Positions 50,499 through 61,330 of a stretch of 64,000 nucleotides of DNA are shown in pieces; the stretch's first letter is position 1; each line of letters opens with the position of its first letter. The position numbers and the translations under genes are program-made. This stretch comes from Malacoraja senta. Lineage: Eukaryota. The stretch is from the NCBI GenBank assembly GCA_038087875.1, contig CM075996.1, positions 8,248,001 through 8,312,000 on the forward strand, written 5' to 3'. A model generated the notes under the pieces. The model saw only the letters and a program-made list of their open reading frames with translations. It was not told the origin of the DNA and ran no database searches.

Positions 50499-52080
50499 CA
50501 GTGGCTTGCAAAAGTTTTCATACCCCTTGAACTTTTCCACATTTTGTCACGTTACAACCACAAACGTAAATGTATTTTATTGGGATTTTATGTGATAGAC
50601 CAACACAAAGTGGTGCATAATTGTGAAGTGGAAGGAAAATGATACATGGTTTTCAAATTTTTTTACAAATAAAAAACTGAAAAGTGTCGCGTGCAAAAGT
50701 ATTCACCCCCCCTGAGTCAATACTTTGTAGAACCACCTTTCGCTGCAATTACAGCTGCAAGTCTTTTGGGGTATGTCTCTACCAGCTTTGCACATCTAGA
50801 GACTGAAATTTTTGCCCATTCTTCTTTGCAAAATAGCTCAAGCTCAGTCAGATTGGATGGAGAGCGTCTGTGAACAGCAATTTTCAAGTCTTGCCAGAGA
50901 TTTTCAATTGGATTTAGGTCTGGACTTTGACTGGGCCATTCTAACACATGAATATGCTTTGATCTAAACCATTCCATTGTAGCTCTGGCTGTATGTTTAG
51001 GGTCGTTGTCCTGCTGGAAGGTGAACCTCTGCCCCAGTCTCAAGTCTTTTGCAGACTCTAACAGGTTTTCTTCCAAGATTGCCCTGTATTTGGCTCCATC
51101 CATCTTCCCATCAACTCTGACCAGCTTCCCTGTCCCTGCTGAAGAAAAGCATCCCCACAGCATGATGCTGCCACCACCATGTTTCACAGTGGGGATGGTG
51201 TGTTCAGGGTGATGTGCAGTGTTAGGTTTCCGCCACACATAGCGTTTTGCATTTAGGCCAAAAACTTCAATTTTGGTCTCATCTGACCAGAGCACCTTCC
51301 TCCACATGTTTGCTGTGTCCCCCACATGGCTTGTGGCAAACTACAAACGGGACTTCTTATGGCTTTTTTTCAACAATGGCTTTCTTCTTGCCACTCTTCC
51401 ACAAAGGCCCGATTTGTGGAGTGCACGACTAATAGTTGTCCTGTGGACAGATTCTCCCACCTGAGCTGTGGATCTCTGCAGCTCCTCCAGCTCCTTGGCT
51501 GCTTCTCTGATCAATGCTCTCCTTGCCCGGCCTGTCAGTTTAGGTGGACGGCCATGTCTTGGTAGGTTTGCAGTTGTGCCATACTCTTTCCATTTTCGGA
51601 TTGAACAGTGCTCCGTGAGATGTTCAAAGCTTGGGATATTTGTTTATAACCTAACCCTGCTTTAAACTTCTCCACAACTTTATCCCTGACCTGTCTGGTG
51701 TGTTCCTTGGGCTTCATGATGCTGCTTGTTCGTTAATGTTCTCTAACAAACCTCATTCACAGAACAGCTGTATTTATACTGAGATTAGATTACACACAAG
51801 TGGACTCTATTTACTAATTAGGTGACTTCTGAAGGCAATTGGTTGCACTGGATTTTATTTAGGGGTATCAGAGTAAAGGGGGCTGAATACTTTTGCACGC
51901 GACATTTTTCAGTTTTTTATTTGTGAAAACCATGTATCATTTTCCTTCCCCTTCACAATTATGCGCCACTTTGTGTTGGTCTATCACATAAAATCCCAAT
52001 AAAATATATTTACGTTTGTGGTTGTAACGTGACAAAATGTGGAAAAGTTCAAGGGGTATGAATACTTTTGCAAGCCACTG
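50499..52080 (-). mobile_element. Tc1/mariner DNA transposon (Passport-like), copy 2, inserted into a CR1 remnant
   Basis: Same TIRs as copy 1, TA flanks; CR1 sequence resumes after 52080 (atccaaaattggctt, IQNWL). Confidence 0.95.
50717..51717 (-). pseudogene. Tc1 transposase with intact catalytic domain but frameshifted N-terminus
   Basis: [15 protein letters not shown] and SPDLNPIENLW intact in ORF 50717-51325; small deletion/frameshift near 51597 in the DNA-binding domain. Confidence 0.92.
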
Positions 52081-53921
52081 TAGATCCAAAATTGGCTTGG
52101 TTACAACTAGCAGTCAATAGACAATAGACAATAGGTGCAGGAGTAGGCCATTCGGCCCTTCGAGCCAGCACCGCCATTCAATGTGATCATGGCTGATCAT
52201 CCCCAATCAGTACCCCGTTCTGCCTTCTCCCCATATCCGCTATCTTTAAGAGCCCTATCTAGCTCTCTCTTGAAAGCAGTCAGTAGACACGGAGGGGTGT
52301 TTCTTGGACTGGAGGTTTGTGATCAGTGGTATTCTGCACGGATCATTCAGCCGCACCCCTTGCCTCACCCAGTGACCGCCGGCCAACCCCCCCCCAGCGC
52401 CGGCGAAAGCCGAGCACCAGCCATCAACAGGAGCACACACAAAACGCTGCAGCAACTCCGGAGAAAAGGAATGGGTGACGTTTCGGGTCGAGACCCTTCT
52501 ATATGTGCGCTCGGCCCCCGCCGGCACCGACAGCCACTGGGAAAGGCGAGAGGCACAGCCGACGGTCACCGGCCTGCCGAGGTCGCTCTATGACCTGTGA
52601 CGATGTCGATTGATTCGGATCCCATTCACTGTGGGGGAGGGCAGGTGCGATTCTACCCAGATCCGGAGCTCCGGCCTCATTCGTTGCAGCGGTTGCAAAG
52701 GAGCAGCGGTCAAAGGGATAGATGGCAGGAGAGAGGAGGCAGGGACTGGGGGAGGGGCTTTTCCACCCCCACCCCCCACCCCCGCACGTCCGGTGCCGCC
52801 CCCGGAAGGGGACGGGAATGGTAGTGAGACCCCGCTCACAAATCTGCCTCGTGTGTTGTGCAGGAGAGGGGAGCGTGGTTCGCCCCTGTTTAATAACCTT
52901 ATATAACCCGGGAGGGCAACCCGAGTGAGAATGGAACCCATACACCCAGGCTGAGGGGATCGGACTATGATTCATTAGATTGTCATTGCTGAGATTTCTG
53001 CATGGACCAGTGGAGAAGGGAGAAATAGTGTTGCTAATTCCAGTAGCAATTCAACAGCGTTTGCTAATTCCAGTAGCAATTCAACAGCAGTGACCCAAGA
53101 CCTGGGCATGCGCAGTCGAAATACCAAACTTGCTTATACTGAGGACTGGGTTAAGCCCGCAATGGCTGCCTCGACAACAGTCTGTCTGTCCCTTCTTTCT
53201 TTCTTGTTTGTTTGTATGTGTTAAATGTATGTTTTTAATGTTCTTTAGCTTGTTTTATGTGGGGGGTTTGGGGGGGGGGGGGGAGAGATGGGGGGTGGAG
53301 GAGGTTGGGGAAATTTTTTCTAATCTCTTACCTCGTCGGAGATGCGATATTTTTCCGCATCGTCTGCACTGCGGCCAAACATCGAGGAGTTGGCGGCCTT
53401 TGCTGGAGACCGACTTCGAGAGCTCCACCGCGGGAGCCTGCAGGACTTTAACATCGCGGAGCTCGCGATCCCTGTCGGGGATCAACTTTGGGGCTCCAAC
53501 CGCGGGAGCCTGCAGACTTCAACATCGCGGAGCTCGGGGTCTCTGGTTAGAGACCGACTTCGGGAGCTCCAAGCCACAGGAGCTTCGGGCGCCCTGACGC
53601 GGGAGCCTCGACCAATGTATGGTTCGAGAATAAAGAGGAAGAAGATTAGACTTTATTGCCTTCCATCACAGTGAGGAATGTGGGGAATCCGCTGTGGTGG
53701 ATGTTTATGTTAACTTTTATGTAGTTGTGTGTCTTGTTATTTAAAAAAAAGTTTAGTATGGCTGTATGGTAATTTGAATTTCACTGTACCTTACATGTAA
53801 CAATAAACTGACCTTGAAACCTTGACTACATAACAACGGTATAGTACCAGGTCACAGATCTGGCTCTATACAACACTAATAGACAATAGACGATAGGTGC
53901 AGGAGTAGGCCATTCGGCCCT

Positions 53922-54217
53922 TGTGCCAAGCTTGTAGCATCATACCCAAGAAGACTTGAGGCTGTAATCATGGCCAAAGGTGCCCCAACAAAGTACCGAG
54001 TAAAGGGTCTGAATACTTAAGTAAATGTGATATTTCAGTTATTTCTTTTTAATTACTTTGCAAAAACATCTAAACACCTGTTTTTGCTTTTTTATTAAGG
54101 GGTATTGTGTGTAGATTGATGATAAAAAATAATGAATTTAATCGATTTGAGAATAAGGCTGTAATGTAACAAAATGTGGAACAAGTGAAGGGGTCTGAAT
54201 ACTTTCTGAATGCACTG
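53922..54217 (+). mobile_element. 3' fragment of a different Tc1 family (transposase C-terminus plus right TIR)
   Basis: CAKLVASYPRRLEAVIMAKGAPTKY-like tail, then TIR ending ggggtctgaatactttctgaatgcactg followed by TA. Confidence 0.8.
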
Positions 54218-56321
54218 TAGATGCACTGTGCATACATCTGGCATGATACAATACTGACACGTGGCACTGGGGTACAAACACACTGATAAAGGAGAATGCG
54301 GGTTTCTCACTGCACAATGAGGTCCAGTATCAAGAAAACTATCCAACAATACACAGTACCAGGAGGACATCTGACACTGTGCAACATTGAGGGAGCATCC
54401 ATCATTGTTGAACACCAAGGTGCAGCATTGGGGACTCAGGTTTGTCACTGCAGAGCACAGAGGCACTGCACTTGGGCACAGCTACGTCACTATCCAAGAG
54501 GTACAGTGCTGGGAAACAGATTGGATCTGATACAAGGGGCATGGGTTCTGAGGAGCTACATCTACCACTGAGGTACAATGCCTGTGCGGAAACCTTCCAC
54601 TGTACAACAGGGGTACGTGGGCATGGCCGGGTCAGTGTACAAGATCCACAGTAGTGTGTCACATCTGCAAACAGTGACATTCAAAAACTGTGGTTGTAGA
54701 TCAATAGACAATAGGTGCAGGAGGAGGCCATTCGGCCCTTCGAGCCAGCACCGCCATTCAATGTGATCATGGCTGATTATCCCCAATCAGTACCCCGTTC
54801 CTGCCTTCTCCCCATATCTCCTGACTTTGCTATCTTTAAGAGACCTATCTAGCTCTCTCTTGAAAGTATCCAGAGAACCTGCCTCCACCGCCCTCTGAGG
54901 CAGAGAATTCCACAGACTCACCACTCTCTGTGAGAAAAAGTGTTTCCTCGTCTCCGTTCTAAATGGCTTACCCCTTATTCTTAAACTGTGGCCCCTGGTT
55001 CTGGACTCCCCCAACATCGGGAACATGTTTACTGCCTCTAGCTTGTCCCAACCCTTAACAATCTTATATGTTTCAATAAGATTCCCTCTCATCCTTCTAA
55101 ACTCCAGAGTGTACAAGCCCAGCTGCTCCATTCTCTCAGCATATGACAGTCCTGGGAAAACAGATTGGATCTGATACAAGGGGCATGGTTCTGAGGAGCT
55201 ACATCTACCACTGAGGTACAATGCCTGTGCGGAAACCTTCCACTGTACAACAGGGGTACGTGGGCATGGCCGGGTCAGTGTACAAGATCCACAGTAGTGT
55301 GGCACATCTGGCAACTGTGGTTGTGGATCAGTCACCGTGTTACATGGTGCAGTGCTGGAGTAAACCGGATCTGATACCACACAACACAGCCCTGAGATGC
55401 AGATCTGACCAAACACTAACAATACAGCACCAGTGACACATTTGATATTGAGGAACAGTGAAGTACAGTGCAGGGGAAGTTATTCACTTACAACACCAAG
55501 TTACTGAAGTATAATGTGGAAACTCTGAAACTAAGAGAAATAATCAGAATGGATCTCAACTCTTACAGGATAGCTTCATAGAATCCAGCGCTTAATCCCT
55601 GGCCTGACTGGATAAAATATAATTGTGAACAGAGAGAATCTTTTTTTTTCTTTTTAAACAACAATTTAGGAGTACAACATTACCTAAAGAAAACAAAACC
55701 AGTGATTCACAGGAGGGGTAATGCTAAAAGAGTAATTTAAGAAGGAACTGCAGATGCTGGAAAATCACACAAAAATGCTGGAGAAACTCAGCGGGTGCAG
55801 CAGCATCTATGGAGCGAAGGAAATAGGCAACGTTTCGGGCCGAAACCCTTCCTTCTTCAGACTAAAAGAGTAACACTGACCACAGAGGGAAATAAATAGT
55901 GGGAGAAATGAAGAAAAACTTACAGAGAGGTGGGACATGTGGAAGGATTTATGGAACAATCCTTTGCACCAATTTATTGGTAGCTGAATACAAGGCCAGG
56001 CAGTTAGATGGCAGAGGCCATGGGATTTCACTGGGATCTCAAGACAGGTAGGGCCACTCCAGAGCAGTGGATATAATGGGGATACAATGGACAAGACTTT
56101 GATGCCCATGGGCAAAAGGCCCAACAAGATTTCACATAGAGCCCTTGGATAAAGGAGAGGAAGGACCAAGCAGTGTTTTTTTTTACTGGAGAGAGGGAAG
56201 AACAGGTAAAGCAAAGGATAGCAAGCTTTAGTCATCCCCAGAACACAGCAACTCTCTACCGCACCATTCCCACCTCCGCCCACCGGACAACGCCCTCGCA
56301 AAACGCGGCCGCGATTCTTAC

Positions 56322-59300
56322 CGTTTCTCTGGCCATTTCTACAGCCTCTTGCAGTCCGTAGAGTCTCCCAGAGATCAGGTAGACCCCGCTGGCCCAGAGC
56401 ACACAGGACTCGTGGATCCACAGTTCGTTGGGGTCGAGAGGTAGTTGAGGGAGCTGCAGCTCCACCTGCGGGCCGAGCTCACTTTTAAATCTCTGAGTCC
56501 GTAAGTCGACAGAAGTCTTTACGCAGCAGTAGCAGTGCCGGTGACCTTTGCTGCTCCTGGGGCTAGCCCAGGAAGGGGTGCAATCTTCACTGTAGTGGCG
56601 CCTTTTGAACCTGGGGTGCCCCAGGACAGTCCCAAACTCCTTGCCCTCGTCTCCCGACTGGCTAGTCTTCAGCAAGTCGGGCATGCTCCGGTGCCTCCCA
56701 CCCTGCTTGGCACCGGCACCATCTTCTTCGGGGGTGGGTTCTTGGGCAGGGTAGCGGCGTACTGGTGTGGGTAGTAGGGTCCATAAAGATCGCCCAGGTC
56801 ACGGTGATTGGCGCACTTGCCGCACAGGCAGCAGAGCAGGACGCCGAGGGTGGAGGAGTCAGTCACCACCGGGCCCTGCACCATATGCGAGGACGTGGCC
56901 AAGGCCTTGCCAGTGCAACTGGGCGGTGGGGTGCAGGCCAGGCCCTGCTCCCCCTTCACCCCTTTCTGGGCCCTGTTTTGATCATCGTGGTTGTTGATAA
57001 TCGTGCAGAGGGCAGCCTCTCTCTTCCTCTCCAGCAGCACGTATGGAGAGAAGCCTTTGTCCTGGGTTTCTCCCAGCCTCCAGCGTACAGTTCGAATAGT
57101 GTGCTTCAGTTTTATGTCTGGCTCTTTGGGCAGCATGATGGGACCTTCGAGCCTCTTGCGGCGCCTCCGCTGGTGGGAGGCTGGTTTCTTTCTCCTCGGG
57201 CTCCACCATGGGTTTGGCCTCCTCCTCCTCCGTCTCCTCCAGGGTCGGTGGGTCCTGGCACTCATGCCGATGCCGCCTCTGCTTGTTGATGCTGCCCAGC
57301 GGCCTTCCTCGCTTCTTGCCCGAAGGAAGTAGCCTTTCATGACACCTCCGCCTTGGGGGTGACGCCAGTGGCATCTTCACCAGCCTGGTGCGCCAGGGAC
57401 AGGGCAGAGGGCAAGGAGGGCCGCACTGCTTGGTGTCGGGGTGATGTGGTGCCCGAGCGGATGGCGCAGAGCCCTGGCAAATCTGGGAGCAGTTGGCGTG
57501 GCCCACCTCACCGGTACAACCAGGGCCACCCGCCTCCACGTCTCCCTCCTTGGCATCAGCGTCCACCTTGAACCCAGGCAGCACCATGGCCACCCTGGCC
57601 CTATCCCACCCTGCCTCATTGACAGACAGGATGTCCTCTAGTGTCAGGCTGTCGGAGGCCCCATCGAGCATCCCAGTCGGGGGAAACTTCCGGCCATTGG
57701 GTGACGTGATCTTCTGGACGATGGCTTCCAACTTCAGGCCGCGGCCCTTCCGCGGCGGTAAGGTTTTGGTCTTGCCGGGACTGGCGAGGGAAGCGGCTGG
57801 AGATAGGCTCCCACCAGGGCTGCCCTTCTCATCGTTCATCTGCTGGCACTCATCACCAGGCTCGGCCTTTTGCACCGGGATCGGGCCAGCACTGCACTGC
57901 AAGTTGTTGGGGTCACAAGGGGTCATCGAATCCTTGGCTTTTGGCTCTTGGCAAATCGTTTGGCTGGAATAGGCGATATAAAAGATCTTATCCTCCTCCT
58001 CGACAAAATGGAGGATTGAACCAAGGCATCCTCTTGACGTATTGACTGTTCAGCCAGCTGTGGGCTTTGGATGTCAAGACCCTGAGGTGAAAACATCTGC
58101 AATGAAGGATGACCACTCATGTCCTGTTGCGTGGCAGCAAAGAGCCTTGGCTCTTTCAGCATCCCGCTCCCGCAGATCTCAGGAGGCGGGTTTTCCCATC
58201 AATTGTGTCTCCCCAGCCACCCATCCCTTCAGGATTCTGCATTTGCTTCTGTGAATGAATTGGATACCTCATGGTGGCCTCTGACTCCATACCCGAGGAA
58301 CAAGAGTTGACTTGCTTGGTTAACAGGGAGGACAGCGTGTCCAAGTTTGCAGAACCAGGATACGTGGTGACCCTGTCCAACGATGGTGGCATGTGATCGC
58401 AAGGTTGCCGAAATGCCCAACTCTGCCAGCTTCTGGCATAACTTCCTGTTTGACAAATGGCGCTCTGGTTAGGAAAGTGTTGGCGTCTGCCCGCACCGAG
58501 GGTCTCCTCTTCCTCCCTCCGCCTCTCCCTGCCCCCCTTCCGTACGGACGGCGCCCCTGGTGGACCGGTTGTTCAGGGCTTGGAGGGGAAAGCTGCTGGT
58601 GGGTCCCATAGGCAGTGGAGTGGAAATCATGGTGGAACCCCTGACCAGGTCTGAAGGATCATACTTCCAGTGGGGAGAGAGTGTCCTGCCATCTCTGCTG
58701 TCATGGTGACCAGAGGTCCTCTGCTGACACAGGCTTTGGCCTATCTCACCTTTAATTCGTGCTTCAGTCATCATAGGTATACCTGGCTGGATGACAGACT
58801 GGCCTGCTTTACAAAACCTATCTTCTCCCTTCATGTTACGGACAAAGTCTTGGTCGTGAGACTGTCCGCAGCTTAGCGGCATGGAGCTCCGGCTAAGGGC
58901 CGGGAGGGGGAAACGTCGCAGATGACAGACTTCCTCTCCGACATCACGCTTTCCAGTTGGGCCTCCAGGTCAGCCCTGGCCTGCTCGGTGCCAAAGCCGG
59001 GCCCAGGCACTCTCCCATCTCCCCAGCCAGAGGGTGGTGCCAGGGCACTGCCATGCACATCCTTCCTCGCCAGCTCGATCATTTGCCGCACTGGGTAGCC
59101 CGGCTGCTGCGAGGGATCCATGAATCCCGAATATTGCAGGTCGGGGAGGTACTTTGGGTGAAACCTTTCTCCCGGGATAGTTGGCTTGCAAAGCTTCTTG
59201 CCAGCATGCTGTGGCTCTTCTCAGCCTTACTTGGGACGACCTTCCGGTCTCCAAGAATGAACTGGTCAGGCTCCGCTTGGCCGTAAGGAACGCGGGTACT

Positions 59301-61330
59301 GCATCTGATGGTAGCCGCCTTCGTTCCTGGCATGTCACGGAAACCGTACACCAGGCAGCTGGGCGACTTAGCGGCGGAGTCCAGCCTGGCAGCCATGGGG
59401 TCGTTGGGCAACGTGGCTCCTTGGTGCCCAAGGCCATTCCCATTCTGGGCCGCTGATATCACTGCGCCGCCACGACTGTTTGGTTGCTGGTTGCGTCCGG
59501 ATGCTTTCTCGCTGCCGACAGGGAAGGGGTCTGCCTCGAGTGCTCGTCCTCTTGCCCAGCCATGCCCAGCACATCCTCCCTGCCGCCCATGGCTTCCCTG
59601 GACACGATGACCCCCACCGGTTTTTCATCCCGCCGGCTCGCCTGCTCTGCCAGCGATGCCATGGCGCCACCTTTGCCCTCCTGGCACATCTGGACCATCA
59701 GCTCCTCCTTGGACAGGGGCCGGCCAGCGCCGTTGCCGTGGGAACCGGCCGGCGAGCAGATGGCATTGACGGCGTCGGGGGTTGCGGAGTTTGAAGCCTG
59801 GTCCGAGCAGCAGCTTTGCCCGCTGAGCTGCCGTGCCCGCTCCGCGTGGTCCTCCGATGAGCTGGAGCAGCCGCCGTCCAGGGACTCTGCCTGAGGAGAT
59901 TTCAGCTGCTCCTCGGGGCCAGGAAGCTCGCCTGGGGCCCCAGCCCTCTTGGCGGTGCGGCGGGCGTGCCTGCGGTGCAGCGCCAGCGAGTCGGAGATCA
60001 ACAGGTGCTGCACCGTGTTGGGGATGTTGGCCACCTGCGAGCTCAGGGCCGTCAGGCTGCTCAGGCCCAAGTCGGACACCCGTTTCTCCCCACCCCCCTC
60101 CAGACCAAAGCCTTCATAGGCCCCGGACTGGGAGCTGGGACTGGGCATCAGGCCCGCTGGCGTGGGACTGGGCATCAGCCCCGCTGGTGTGGGACTGGGC
60201 ATCAGCCCCGCTGGTGTGGGACTGGGTTCGTGCATCTGCTGCAGGATGCGGCTCCTCACCCCCATGCCCATAGATCCCGCCCCGCACTGAAGGCTGTCGC
60301 TGTTGACCAACAGAGGGGACGGGGTGGAGCTGCACGAGGGGGACTGGGCCACCGGGGTGGCTGGGGATGGGTTGGAACCGGGGCTGAAGTTCTGATGGAA
60401 TGGCATGGGCGACTTGGCGGGAATGTCGGCCGAACAGTAGGAAGCAAACTGCTGGTTGAGCAGAGCCAGCTTGCGGGTGTGGAGTATTGCAGGACCCGGT
60501 GGTGTTGCTGGCCTGCCAGTGGCTTCGCCTGTTCGAAGCAGGCTTTAGATACAGGCAGCTGGTAGCTGTACCCTGCTTGGGTCCCGTAACCAGCGGCAAC
60601 TGTGGCATTGATCGGGTAGCCATCGCACTGGCCGCCGCCACTGGTGTGATAGCCATCGAACGCCTGCCCGGGGGGCTGGCTGTAGCCTTGAGGAGACAGG
60701 TAGGAGGAGGGGGAGGAGGAGGAGGAGGTGGTAGAGGTGGTGGTAGTGGTGGTGGAGATGGAGGAAGAGGACTGGAACTGCTGGGGTTATACTGGGCTGC
60801 ACGGTGCTGGTACTTGGCCAGCAGGCCGGAGCCCGACTGGTGGATGAGCTGGGAGAGGTGAGCAGAAGAGGAAGGGACTTGGCTGCCTGGGGTTGCCTGG
60901 AAGGTCTGATGTCGCAACTGTTGCTGCACGGCGCCGGGGAAAACTGACTGGCGTACACGTCCTGCTCGAAGTGGCTGTAGCCGGGCATGGAGGTGTGGGG
61001 CATCCGCCACTGGCCCTCGCTGAGGTACTGCACTGAGTAGCCAGCAGCCGGCTGAGCTCCATACCGGTCTGCAGACGCCCGGCCAGCCTGCGCTGAGCTG
61101 GGTAGCGGTCAGCTCCTTCCCCCTGGAGTAATAGTAATCGGTGGGCTCCTGCGGAAGGGTTGGTAGAGCTGCTGGTCGCAGCCCTCGCTGACCGGTCGGT
61201 TGGTGTAGCCGCTGAACATCTGACCCTGGTGGTACTGGTTGTGGTCTCCCAGGCGCGAGGTCTCCTGGGCCTCTGGGTGCAGCAGCCTCTGGTTCCCATG
61301 GTAGCTGCTCTGCTCCCGGTAGGACTGCAT
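56322..61330 (-). CDS. TCF20: TCF20 (SPBP) large first coding exon; reading frame interrupted by many frameshifts in this sequence
   Basis: ATG at 61330 gives [14 protein letters not shown] (human TCF20 begins [14 protein letters not shown]). Tiled ORFs contain TCF20 hallmark blocks: [159 protein letters not shown]. Acceptor ttctgcag precedes 61365; donor ACG|gtaaga at 56322/56321. Confidence 0.93.

Noticed and set aside
56322..61330. RAI1 as the identity of the large gene
   Set aside because: [39 protein letters not shown] and the terminal TEQSERG match TCF20 rather than its paralogue RAI1.
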